Below, piece after piece: positions 39,906-52,166 of a stretch of 64,000 nucleotides of DNA. The stretch spans positions 288,001-352,000 of the forward strand of contig CAWFQB010000011.1 of assembly GCA_963817895.1 (NCBI GenBank), written 5' to 3'. The position numbers and the translations under genes were made by a program. The first letter of the stretch is position 1. Each line of letters starts with the position of its first letter. Under the pieces are notes generated by a model, which saw nothing but the letters and a program-made list of their open reading frames with translations, had not been told where the DNA came from and made no database searches. The stretch comes from an uncultured Chthonomonadaceae bacterium (lineage in GTDB: Bacteria; Armatimonadota; Chthonomonadetes; Chthonomonadales; Chthonomonadaceae).

Positions 39906-41548
39906 ATGAAGCGTTTGTTCAAGCGCGCCGCCCTGATGCTGGCGGGCGCAATGCTCGTTCTTCCCGGTACGCTATCGCGGGCTTCCAGCCACAGCGACGC
40001 GCCGCTCATCAAACTCGATCCGCAGGCCAACCTGACCGATGTGTACGCTTTTATTCGCGACCGCGCCCCCGGAGATAGAGTTCTCGTCGTGGAAGTCAGC
40101 GTGCGCCCCTTCTCCGAACCCGGCGATGGCGTGATGTACGAAGCGTTTTCCGATGACGCGCTGTACAGCATCCACATTGCCAATCCGACAACCGGCGCGC
40201 AATTGCAGCGCTACGACTTCAGGTTTTCACCGGTAGACGCTTCCGGCAACTACAAGAACCTGAACACAATTTTGCGCTACGGACGCGGCGCGAACATGGC
40301 GAACGGCTCCCCGGACGCCGGCATGATCATGCATGTGGGCGACAATCACCAAAACTTTATCCAGACGTATACCCTGACCCGAACCATCGGCAACGCGAAC
40401 GACAACGACAACGAGTACGGATGCGGGCGGAGACACCGCTGAAGGTTCCGCCTGCCAATGCGGGCGTCCGCACCACGCCATTTTACAATGATGCCATGTC
40501 ATCGCGCCTCTAATGGCGTCAATCCCGCAGTGCCGGTCGATCCCGGCTTTGCCATTTCGGGAGCCTCGACGCGGGGCGGACTGGATCGCTATACGCAGCA
40601 AACGGTGTACGACCTGTCAGGCGGCCTGAATGGATTGACAACCTTCTGCGGTTCGCGCGAAGATGGGTTCTATTTCGACACGCCCGGCATCTTCGACTTT
40701 CTTGACCCGCGCATTCGCTCCGACCGCCCTCTCCAGGCGCGGCGCACGTTCGGGCAGACCGGGCAACGGCGTGGATGGCTTCAAAGGCTTCAATGTTCTC
40801 CACTACGCGGTTGAAATACCGATTTCGCAGTTGCCGACATCCCATCGCTTATCAGGCCCCGTTCACAAACGGGTGGAGTCACGGCGGTGTTGGTCCGCGA
40901 TTGGGCGTGGGCGTGTATGCAAGCGTCAGTCGCCCGCGCATCACCCTGCGCAGCGCGTCCGGGCGCAACTCAGATTCCGGCCCGTTCATTCAGGTGAATC
41001 GCGAAGCCAATCCGCTCTTCAATGAGGGCTTCGTCGCGCTGGCCGACAAGGACAACTACAACCGCGACTCGCCCACAAATGATGCAGCGCGTATGCGACC
41101 TATGCCATGAACCCGGAAGTGGCCGCACTGATCAACGCGGTACTATTCGAAGCACACTCCCACAACCGGTCCAATTGCAACCACAGGGCGGGGCGACCTG
41201 GCCGCCGTGTTCATCCCGGACGTGATTCGCGTGGATACCACAACCGGCCCGGTTCATGCTGCAGGCGAGGGAGGATTCAACCGACTGGGCTTCCTCGGCG
41301 GCGATACGGTTACCAACGGCAGGCGGAGCGGCTATTCCCGGCGGCTGGCCGAATGGGCGGCGCCTGGGCGATGATGTCGTGGACATTGCGTTGACGGCAG
41401 TTGCCAGCGGCCCGACCTACACAGCGGTAACACGTCGTTGGCGACAATAGTGACCACAACGATCAGGTCTACAACACCACCTTCCCCTATGCGGGTACGC
41501 CCCATTCCGGTGCGCGGAACCGCAAGGATCTCCAACCCTGCGCAATAG
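39906..41548 (+). CDS. DUF4331 family secreted protein, multiple frameshifts
   Basis: ASSHSDAPLIKLDPQANLTDVYAF, GSREDGFYFD, QVNREANPLFNE, GWPNGRRLGDDVVDI and FPY motifs spread across frames. Confidence 0.88.
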
Positions 41549-41625
41549 GCGCGTTTCCCTCCTCCTTTCTTATCATGACGTAAGAAAGGAAGAGAGGATC
41601 TAAGCTATTTGCAGGAACAACAGCC

Positions 41626-43105
41626 ATGAAGCCAGGAACCACGCCTTCTAAAATCGGGCTGCTTATGTCTGCTGTTGAGCGGCGCGGCGGTGGGAACATG
41701 GGCTGTGACCCATCACATCCGCAAGCCGCAGCCACAAGTGCAAGTTTGAACAACGCGGCAGTTGTATCGACGAAGCGCGATTGCAACTCAAAACACGCCT
41801 GCCGCGTTGCCCGTGCCAACCGGCAATTCGCTGTCGGACCAGATGATTGCCAAGTGGATTGCCGTCGTGCGCAAAAGCGATAAGGACGATATGGCGTGGG
41901 TTAATCTGGGCAATTCGTACATGCAAAAAGCGCGCGAAACCGCCGATGTCACGTATTACGCTCATGCGGAACAAGCCGTATCAGCGCGCGCTTGACCTGA
42001 AGCCGAACAATGTGCCGCGCTTGAATGGCATGGCGTGGGTGAATGGCGGGCGGCACGAATTTGAAAAAAGCATCGAATGGGCGAACAAAGCCATTGCCAT
42101 CAGTCCGAAGGACAACGACGCTTACGGCTTGATTGGCGACGCCGATGTGGAAATGGGCAATTACGATGCGGCGTACACGCATTACCAACAGATGCTTGAC
42201 ATTCGCCCGGACACGTCTTCGTACAGCCGGGGCGCGCATCTGATATGGCTGATGGGCGATAAGCGCAAGGCGATGTGGCTGATGGCGAAAGCCATTAAAG
42301 CGGGCGGCCCGTATGCGGAAAACACCGCCTGGTGTCGCGCGCAACTTGCCATTGATGCTGATGAACACGGGGGCATTGCTTCCGGCGGAACAGACCCTAC
42401 AGGACGCCCTGAAATACGCGCCGCACAATTATCAACTGCTGATCGCGATGGGCAAATTGAAGGCCGCGCGCAAGGATTATCCCGCCGCGATTGACTGTTA
42501 CAAGCAGGCCGTCGAAGTGGTTCCCATGCACGATGCCCTTGTCGCGCTCGGGGATTTGTATCAGCTGACGGGCAAGCCGGAGGAAGCGAAAAAGCAGTTT
42601 GCGCTTGTGGAAGCCACGCACCAACTGCTGAAAGCGAACGGCGTTCGGGGCGACATGCAGATCGCGCAGTTTTATGCCGACCACGACCGCAGCCTGCCCG
42701 AAGCCATGCGGGAAGAAGAGGCGGAAATCGCAACGCGCCCGAACGTGTACGTGGAGGATACGCTTGCCTGGTGCTACTACAAGACAGGCCGCTATCAGGA
42801 CGCGCAGGCCATGATTCAAAAGGCAATGGCGCGGCACACGCCCGAAGCGCTGTTTAAATTTCACGCGGGCATGATTGCCGCCAAACTGAATCAGCAAGTA
42901 TCTGCGCGTAAACTGCTGTATGAGGCGTTAAGCGACAATCCGAATTTCAGTCTGATTTATGCTCCCATTGCGGCAAACACGCTGAAGGAACTGGGTTCGC
43001 GCCCGCTCGACGCGGAACAGATGCCAGCGTCCGTTGCAAATGGGAACCTCACCGGGCGTCCACAAGTGGACACGACCCTTTCTCCCAACCGCGCTGACGC
43101 ATTAG
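41626..43105 (+). CDS. Tetratricopeptide-repeat protein, frameshifted; end approximate
   Basis: QKARETADVTYY..AE, HEF, GDADVEMGNY and DTLAWCYYK...FHAGMI motifs, typical of the TPR neighbour of DUF4331. Confidence 0.82.
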
Positions 43106-43117
43106 GAGAGAGGAACC

Positions 43118-44653
43118 ATGAAGTTATGTTCCCCTCAATTTCTAAAACATGGCTTGTCTGTCTTTTTAGCATGGCGTGTTTGTTGGCGGCGCAGGCGCTG
43201 TTTGCGCATCCGATGGGCAACTTTTCCATCAACCATTATACGCGCCTCGAAGTCCATTCCGACCGGATTGCGGGGCGTTTGATTCTGGATATGGCGGAGA
43301 TACCGACGGTTACGGAAATGAGCCGCCTGGACGCCAATCAGGACGGCATAGTTTCCGATGCGGAACAGGCGGCCTATTTGCGCGTCATGTCCGCGCAACT
43401 GGGGCGGGAACTTACGCTGACCGTCAATGAGCGTCTGGTCGCGCTGAACATTCGCGCAGAAAGAAGTGGCGTTGCTTCCGGGCGCGGGCGGGCTGCAAAC
43501 CCTGCGCCTGACACTTGACTTTAGTGCCAATGTGCCGCCTTCCTCCAATACTCCCGCTCCGCGTTGTCTACAAAGATGCCAATTATCCCATGCGCACCGG
43601 CTGGAAAGAGATCGTTGTTGTGGGAGACGCGGCTGTTCTGCGCAACTCCTCCGTTCCCGCCACCGACCTAAGCAAAGAACTGACCGTCTATCCTGCCGAC
43701 CCCACCATCGCGCCGCCGCAAGTGACGGAAGCGCGGTTTACAGTAGTCGAGGAGAAGGAAGAAAAGAAGAGAAGCAGGAGAAGAAGAGGAGACTGGCAAC
43801 CCTCAATCCTACAATCCACAATCGTTCCAATCGCCCAATCGTCCACTCCCAACACCCCTTATGATTCGTTTACGCAGTCTATTGCGACGGAAAAATTGAC
43901 GCCGGGGGTGATGCTGCTGGCGTTGTTGTCGGCGTTTGGGTTTGGCGCGCTTCACGCGCTGTCGCCGGGGCATGGCAAAGCAATGGTGGCGGCGTATTTG
44001 ATTGGCACAAAGGGCACGGCCTGGCATGCCGTTTTGCTCGGGCTTGGTGGTGACGCTGACGCATACGGTGGGCGTGTTTGCGCTTGGGATTGATTACGCT
44101 GTCCGCTTCGCGCTATATTGTGCCGGAACGCCTGTATCCGATAATCAGCGGATTGTCAGGGCTGGCAGTTGCCGGAATGGGAGCGGGGTTGCTATGGCAT
44201 CGGCTGCGAATGTGGCGTTCAGGAGCAGACCGAACGCGCAAATGAGGCAGAAGGCGGAGGATACGAGATTCACAATACTCGGCGATGCGCTATAATCAAC
44301 TGTGGACACGGACGAAGATGAATTTTACATGCAGCGGCGCACTTCGGGGCCAATGCCGCTTGCGAACGCTGATAGGATTGGGAATTACGGGCGGCGCGTT
44401 GCCGTGCCCGTCCGCTCTGGTCGTCATGTTGAGCGCGATTGCGCTGCATCGTATCGGGTTCGGGCTGCTGCTGATCGTGTCATTCAGTCTGGGACTTGCC
44501 GTTGTGTTGACGGTTTTGGGATTGCTGGTAATGCGGGCGCGCGGCCTGATGGAACGCGTGTCACCCGGTGACGAAATAGATGCCGGGATTGTCTGTGTTG
44601 AGCGCGGCGGCCGTAACGCTGATCGGTTTGCTTGCTGCTGTTCCGTTCCCTGA
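43118..44653 (+). CDS. Ni/Co transporter (NiCoT/RcnA-like) with an N-terminal soluble domain, frameshifted
   Basis: AHPMGNFSINHY, EF-hand-like DANQDG, GALHALSPGHGK, THT and PCPSALVV motifs. Confidence 0.85.
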
Positions 44654-44703
44654 CAGGGCGGTTTTTAACCATCGATTCAATGCCGTTTGACGTTTATTCG
44701 CGT

Positions 44704-45300
44704 TTATTCGCATGCTAACTTGATTGACGGGCATGCGATGGATACTGACAGTTGACGGGCTTTGGCGATCATGGCGAGGTAGGGCGGCGTGAAGGGCAGT
44801 TTAAGCGCGTCCACAATCTGTTCGTCCGCTTCGGCGGGATCGTCGGCGACGACAACCTGATGTAGTTTGCGCGTGAAGCGAACGGGGAAATGCTCGTCCT
44901 GGCGGGCTACAAGTCGCGCGTCCAGAATGGTGAGCGTGTTCTGGCCGGTCGTGGCGTATAAATCCGCAACCATCGCGTCTATGCCGCGCTGATGCAGAGC
45001 ACTGCGCATTTCGCGCTTACTGGTGGAGAGTTTGTAATGTCCGCGCGGCAGCAACCCGATGAGATTGCGCGTTCCGCCGCTGTACCAGCGCTGAAAATGG
45101 TGGCTGCGCAATTTGCAGGTCGTCAGCAGTATCCGCATATCCGCTTCGACCCAACAGGCGGGAAGATAAAACCCGGCTTCGCGAAACGGTTTCGGATTCG
45201 GGTTGGGCGCGTAAATCGCTTCACTCGATTCCGCATCCACAAACCGCGCATTCGCAATGGTATCCAGTCCATGCCGCGCCGCCATTGCGCAGACGGATTC
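44704..45300 (-). CDS. DUF362-like protein, 5' part apparently lost at the junction
   Basis: KLRSH...RNLIGLLP...LH..GI...VADL...LTILD resembles the DUF362 core; no RBS, and the upstream frame runs into eukaryotic-type DNA. Confidence 0.5.
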   Translation of the reverse strand, partial: ESVCAMAARHGLDTIANARFVDAESSEAIYAPNPNPKPFREAGFYLPACWVEADMRILLTTCKLRSHHFQRWYSGGTRNLIGLLPRGHYKLSTSKREMRSALHQRGIDAMVADLYATTGQNTLTILDARLVARQDEHFPVRFTRKLHQVVVADDPAEADEQIVDALKLPFTPPYLAMIAKARQLSVSIACPSIKLACE

Positions 45301-45420
45301 AGCTAATCGAGAGCTTGCAGATAAGCGCCCTTCTGAATGAACCTACTGGAAGATGCAAGGCAACTGCCAAATTCTTGAGGGGTGTTTTTGGCTAGGGCGT
45401 TCTTAAATCAAGTGGGCAGC
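45290..45420. other. Bacteria-to-eukaryote junction (probable chimeric join)
   Basis: Abrupt switch from operonic ORFs to short exons with GT..(TG)CAG introns; genes on both sides are incomplete. Confidence 0.85.
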
Positions 45421-45459
45421 GGGCTCAGACAGCACTCCATGAAGTGAGGAGGTGCACAC

Positions 45460-46078
45460 CTGTGTCAATGAGGGCCATGGCAGGGTCGAGGAACACAGCC
45501 AGGGTGGCTGGGATCAGGAGGCGCAAGATCTCTGCATCAAGCCCATCGGCTGCTGGCAGCGCCTCTGCCAAACCGCCATCTTCGGTCTTCTCCAATGCTT
45601 CCATTCGCCGCTGCCTCCTGCGCGCTGTGCCTCCATGGCCCCAGCCAAAACGCCCTGGCACTGATCCGCTACCTGAAATCAGAATGCTGCAGAATAAGGT
45701 GAGAGCTCCACCCTGACTCATGCCTGAAAGCCACCGTGCCTCAAACCGCACGTCCAGTGCCTTACAATCCTTGAGAGCAAAGCATTAACATACATAAACC
45801 ATGAAAGGGGGATACCCCTGAGGGTGCCGAACCATCAGGCAACTCCAGCAAAAGTAGACAGGGGCAGTCAAGAGCGAAGGCAGTAGCGCACCAGGACCAC
45901 TGCTGCTGAGGGTCATGATGCGCTGTTCTGTGCGTCTGCTCAGTCTGTGGCAACAAACAGGCTGAAAGCTGCTGCTCCTGCTGCCAGGGGGTGCCAGGAG
46001 CGAGCGCTGTGAAGACCTGACCCTGATGCTGAGGGGCCTGAGTTCTAAGGACTGACCTATCGAGCTGCGTGTCTGCAT
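45460..46078 (-). CDS. Algal MATE/DinF (DTX) transporter, 5' exons only
   Basis: Exon ~45460-45672 encodes GLDAEILRLLIPATLAVFLDPAMALIDT followed by a GT donor; an upstream Ser/Arg-rich transit-peptide-like exon starts at ATG 46078. Confidence 0.75.
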
Positions 46079-46746
46079 TGTTCTGATTCACTACTCCCTG
46101 CTAGGAGGGTAGCCCATTGGCGTGGTGTTGACCGCTTGAGTGCATGTCAAGCTAGAGATAGGATATTGCGAGGCAACTTGCAGTGGCTGAGTTTGCCCGG
46201 CCAATGCTCAAAGAGTAACGCAAGCAACTTGCACTCCAATTAGACTTGTAAAACGTTACCCCTCACAGACAAAGGCACTTATATGGCTTTCAGAATTTTA
46301 CTGGCAGCTCTGCTGACTGGGGGTGTTCTTATCCCTTTAAAAACACAAGTGGGACAGGTGGCTGCCTCAGAGCACATATTTTCACGTCAAGATAGGCGTC
46401 GTTCTAGATAAATACTACAAACACTAATCCTTCTGTGGAGTTCTTGAACTCTCGAGACGAAGTCTTCTGTCAAGTCGAGACTGTTGTTGCTGCGAAACGT
46501 TGCTGCGTAGTGAGCTGAGAATGAATGTGACGTTTCTATGTTGCTTCAAATGTTCAGCTTTGTCTCAAAGCTTTGAGTCAAAGGTGAGTGCTGTGCGTTC
46601 GGGGGACAGCGATGGCTGTTGAGCAGCTTCCGAAGTTCGTCTGGGAACCCTCAGTTCAACGGCGCCAATGTCCGTCGGCTAAATTCAGCCTCGCTCGCGC
46701 TCGCAGGCGCAGAGCTCATTCGACTCGAAGGAAATCCAGCACGGAC

Positions 46747-49700
46747 ATGAAGTCTTTCCAGGGCTCAAGAAGGGAAAGCCTCGGCAGTGTAGGCAGGGGC
46801 TGCCAGAAGAGGTGAGTTCTTCAGAATGACAGCGAGAACGTTGCTCTCTTCCGACACCTCGTAAACACGTTATTGCAGGCCATAACGGAGTACTCATGGA
46901 TGCCAGGTACAGGAAGATAGGACCATGCAGCTCGATAGATGAACACCTTTTCGGCTCAAGGCGAAACTCGGGCGCATCGCCTGGGGCGCCCCGAGCGCTG
47001 GCTGCAGCACAGCAGAACCTTCCGCACCAAGATCTGCTCCTCAAACAGTACGCGCACAAGCAAAGTCTCGAAAGCATCTCGCCACCTGTTCCTAAAAGTG
47101 CTCTGATGGGGTGCACAAGGTCTGAGGTTCTCCAAAAAAAGGACTAGCGATGAGGAGAAGGGTGGGCTTGGGAACCAAACAGATTGATGTCATACAGGAG
47201 CGATATCCAGCGCATGCGGGCCCCGTGCTGACAGCGGCAGAGGCGGCCGCGGCGCGGCGTGCGGCGGCCGATGCCCGGGAGCGCGAGCGCAGCGGCGCCT
47301 GCAGCGGAGGAGCGCAAAGCGCACATGATGCAGGTATGCACCGCCTCTGAGGAACATCTCTGTCAAGTTTACAAGGATATGCACAGCAACAGACGCGCTC
47401 AAGACCCAAAAGTCGAGAGTGAGGCAATAAGATTGACCATCAGGCGTAAGCGCCCAGGCCTGCATATTGTATCTGGTTGCAGAAACAGTGTTAATGTGTG
47501 TAGCGTGAAGCCCCGTGACACCAATGGCGACAGACAGAGCTCAAGAAGAGGTCCATGGAAGCAAAGTCTCGTCAAGGGCAAAATGGGTGAGCGAGTTCTT
47601 GAGGTGTTGGTGATGCAGCTGGCGGAGGAAAAGCGGCGAGCGGAGGGGCCGAGCGAGGAGGAACGCCTCCGGACGGTCGTGGCAGACGCGGTGCGCAGCA
47701 AGGCAGCCGTCGCGAGCTGGAAGCCACGGAGAGGCGAAGCGCATGAACCAGATGGTCCTGTACAGCAAATGCATGGCCATCAGTGTGTGCACGGTCTTGC
47801 TCTGCACTGCTGGTCATGCAGCCCTTGTACCAGCCAAGCAGGTGCCTTGCAGGTAGTGTGCGGGTATGGCTGCTTCACCGTTTCATGCAGCCGGCAGGTT
47901 CGCTTTGCTTCTATTGAGTGTGCGGGCAAATAAAGCCAGTCTCCAGTTTATCCGCTGAGTGCGCGTAAGAGACTGCATGCAAATGTATGCATGCACCTAG
48001 TGGATGGTGACGATATTATATGCTCTCATTTGGGTGGCAGGAACGTGAAGAGAGGATGCTGAACATGCTACAGGGATCAGCAGGTGGAAGAAAAGAGGGA
48101 GCGCGAGAGGCGGGCAGCAGACGAGGAACGCGCTGCAGACGCGGCCATGGAGGCTGCTCGATTGCGTGCTGTCAAATTGCAACAGGTGCTGTGTGCCTAT
48201 CAGGGACTGTTCAAATCGCCTTACTTACAAAGCTTGAAGGATGAACAGAAAATTTTACGTTGCGTCTCTTTCTGTTTACAGCCTGCATGGCAGCTTTTGC
48301 GTTACTCCAGATGTAAAGGACCATAGAAGCCTTGCAACCACTGAGTACTCCAAGAGTGATCAACCGGGTCTATCTCATGTGCATTGCTGGTCTGAATCAG
48401 CAGCCGAACATCTGGGAGCAGGAACGGCGGTTCCTCGGTAGGTGAAATTGCTTGTCGGATGAACGCAGGAAAGGGAAGCGGCCACTGCTGAGGAGCGGCG
48501 GCGCGGCGCGGCAGTGATAGCGGAGCAGCTGGCCGAGCGCGAACTGGCGGCATTGGTGGAGGAGGAACGCCGCGAATGGTGCGTCCTACACACCTGTTAT
48601 TCGGACGGACTGCATCGAGAGTTTCACACCGTGATGCTCACCGCAGACACGGAGCACTCTACATGAGCTTCCGAAACAAGCATGATGGAAGCGGCCTGTA
48701 TGAACAACACTGAGCATGGCAAGGATGGGTTGGCACAAGGTCGATCTTCAGGACGACATCCTGGTTGTCGTCACAGTCCTTGTTCATTGTCAGCAACTTG
48801 CAGTCTTTGTCGATGTGAAGTAACATTGAAGCCTGTGCCTTGCAGGAGAAGGTGCATGTAACGAAACAGGCCGAGCGGCTGAAGCGCAAGGAAGCAGCGG
48901 CCGCCGCGGAGAAGCGCGCGGCCGCTTCTGCCCTCATGAAACAGGTCTGCAGAACACGTCAGAGATCCCATTCTATCACCGCCGCCATGGTCAACAAATG
49001 TCTTTCATCAAATGTTCTTTAACAAATGATGGTCTGCTCCCCAATACCAGCTGCATGCGGGTATACCGTCGAGCGCTTGTAAGTCTGGCAGCCTGAGTCC
49101 CATCGCCCAGGCGGGGTGAACCAGGAAGTGGCAAGCTTATGGGGCGTTTTGCCAATTTCAGAAGGAGGGTGACTAAGCATCCCGTGTGGCGGTGCCAGGT
49201 GGTGGCCAGCAATGCAGACATGCTGGAGCGCAAGAAAGCTGACGTTGCTGAGCGCGCGCCGAGGACCGCCGTATCGTGGCGTACCTCCGAGACAAGGCCG
49301 CACGCGAGCAGGTCCTCCTTGTAGGATGCTCTGAGTCAGTAGTGCTACAGAGAACAGCACTGAGCAGGTTGCAAAAGACAATAGTGCTTTGGCACAAAGA
49401 CAGTGGCCCCTTAAAGTTTTGGGTTGATTCTTCGAGTGGCGCTTTCGCGTTTCAATTGCAGGCTAAGGTGCCACGATTATTAGCCTTGTCGAAGGGTCAG
49501 TGAATGCAAAGCCAATGGAGGGGACGTAGACATCATCTGAGGGTAGTCACGAGCGGGGGACTTGTTTACATTTTGATAGGGATTAGCAGTGAAATACTAA
49601 ATAATAAAGCCGAAACTACGTGCAGGCGGTACTGGAGGAGAAGGCGCGGGTGGCGCAGGAGAGGGAAGTGGAAACTGCGCGGCTGCGCGCGGCACAGCAG

Positions 49701-51018
49701 CGCATGCACGACCGCCAGTCTGAACTCGATGAGCTCCGCGCCCGCAGGTGTGTTCCCTTTTGCACAAGCCTGCAGTCCTCTCTGTCAGACATTGGGGGTA
49801 ATGTTTCAAGAGAGTCGCTCCAGGCTCAATCCAGCACAGATTGAGCACCTATTAGGGGTACTCCTACATGTGCTATAAGCCCGTATACTTGTCACCAGGG
49901 GATCCAAGGGGATTCAAATGGTTCCAGGGGAGAAAAATATTGATGCCCTGTGCTGTTGCCATCATGCAGATGCAGAACAATTGGGAAACAGGTGGCAGCA
50001 AATAGGGGATGTTGCGTGCAGGTGGCAGGAGTCGGCAGAGAGGGCATGGCGGAAGCAGGAGCGGGCGGCCATCGAGAGCGCGGCTGCGGCGGCCGCAGAG
50101 CTGCGCGAGGCGCGCGCCTCTCAGGCGGCCGGCAAAGCCGCGGCCGCGGCGGCCGCCGCCGCGGCCGAGCGCGCCGAGGCGGCCCGGGTCGCGGCCGAGG
50201 CTGCCGCAGCCGTCACCGCACGGCAGCGTCAGGTGAAAGAATTGCCAACTCTTGACCACATCAGGGGTGAGGGTTAAAGTTCAGAGTTAGTGAACTGGTT
50301 CAGGTATAAGGGGGAGTAGCACACATATCGCAACCGTTGTCGCACTGCCGCAGCCGTCGTCGCACAGCAAATACAAGTCAACGTAACACGAATAATCGGA
50401 ATCATTTTCCGGGGATTTTCACCTTCAACTAAGTCCATGTCCCACGAAACCAGATCCCACTTGTTGCCTGAGAGTGGAACGTTGATCTGCATGCAGGCCG
50501 AGGAGGAAGCTGCCGCGAAGGTGCGCCATGCGGCGGGGCTGCGCTCGCAGATGCAGGCGGCAGCTGCGCAGAAGCAGGCAGCAGTGCTGGCCGCCAGGCA
50601 AGAGGGCGCCCGAGCCCGCGAAGCTTCTGCCTTGCACCAAGCAGTAGTAGAGGTGATTAAAGCGCCACCTCATTCAGCGAGCAGCCACCTTGAACAACAT
50701 GTGTGCCTTGACATTGTTTGGGTACTGGAACCATGTCATCTGCTTCATTCAGCAGTGCACTTTCCACCTGCGGCTGCCGTCTGAATTGTGTCTCTGAGGC
50801 GACCATGCTCAGAATCAATATGGCACAGAGGCAAATCTCGGTGTTGGTCTGTGTATGCTGTCTGAAGTGGCATGGTTGAGTGTCTGCTGTGACCTGCTGT
50901 GACGGTATTGAGACTGGGTGTGCAGGGAATCAGGAAGCAGAAGCTGCAGCAGCTGGAGCAGGCAGGAGTCCCAGCCAAGTACCATGCACAGTTGGCACGC
51001 AAAGTCTTCGCAATGTAG
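46747..51018 (+). CDS. CFAP45: Cilia- and flagella-associated protein 45 (multi-exon, TPH coiled coil)
   Basis: N-terminal RYRKIG..SSIDEHLFG, many E/R/A-rich coiled-coil exons, and last exon IRKQKLQQLEQAGVPAKYHAQLARKVFAM*. Start approximate. Confidence 0.75.
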
Positions 51019-52166
51019 CGCTGCTATATATTGTCCTAGACACCTAAGCTTGCTTGACTCATCATACAATTCATGCCCATTACAGCATTAAAGTTGCATC
51101 GCCTCACCAAGCAGTTGTGCATTGACGCTGTGCCTGGAGGCTGTCATCGCGACAACTCCTTGAAGGCATCGATGTGGATCCTGAATTGAATTGTCTATGG
51201 ATCTCAGAAGTCAATATGCGGGTTGACCTCATGGGTTTCAAGGGTTTTCACCTCGAACTGTGTGGGCAAATGGCAGCTCTGTAGGGGATCGCCTTGGATC
51301 GAATATTTGTCCATTGAGAGTTGCGACTGTGACAGTCATCAATTCTTTGTGCCACGGAATAAATCCAGAATGTGGCAAATATGACAAGGAACTGATTTCC
51401 TGAAAATCCACTGTCCAGTGTCATTATGTACCAAGTAATCAGATTGCATGCCTGCATTATTAGTCCTATTGCTCTGGTAATACGGGGCGCTCTGCCAGTG
51501 GACCCCACCGTGATTCGAAATATCTGCGAGGGTGGCGCCACTTGTCGACCCGACAGCAGCTCAAGGGTATCCTTTTCGACCCAAGGTTGGAGCTATTTCA
51601 CACCACCTCAGACCCTTTACATCTCTTAAAAATAAAGGATGCCGGAATACTTTGTGCTGAGAAGTCAGAATCGACCTTGAATTGTAACTTCGACACGCTG
51701 TATCCAAACCGAAAGCCCCGCAAGTATAGACACCGATCGCCTGAGGAGTCAAAGGTACGGTCTTGGGCTGAGCAAATGTGTGACAACCATACATGGTGCC
51801 GGCGTCTCCTCTGGGCATTCAGAGCCTTTCGGAACTTCATGTACTTTGTCGTGCGTGATATGCCAGGACTTACAGTGTCATCGGCTAGATCTACGGCTGT
51901 CGTAAAAGCGACAGCAATTCATAACTCATCAGATGTGCATCTGTCGGAAAGTGACAACCTGCCATCCCGCGGTTTCTCCTGTGAATACTGATGTAGATGT
52001 CGGAAGATGGTGTTTTGATAGGCTTCTGGATATGACATAAAGGTGACTTGGATTGCTGGGGGTGCTGGGAAAAATTACTTGTGTTCATGCGAATAGACGT
52101 TTTAAATGTGTCCTCTAGCCGGTGCTCTATTGCTAAGCAAGCAGTGTCTGCCTCTTAGGGTAAAAC

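Noticed and set aside
42313..43518. Apparent TPR / transporter-domain fusion
   Set aside because: An RBS, ATG and new signal peptide occur at ~43105-43200 in an indel-rich region; the read-through is probably an error.
51248..52090. Short ORFs between CFAP45 and the secreted protein
   Set aside because: No recognisable domain or consistent splice pattern; a degenerate transposon cannot be excluded without a search.
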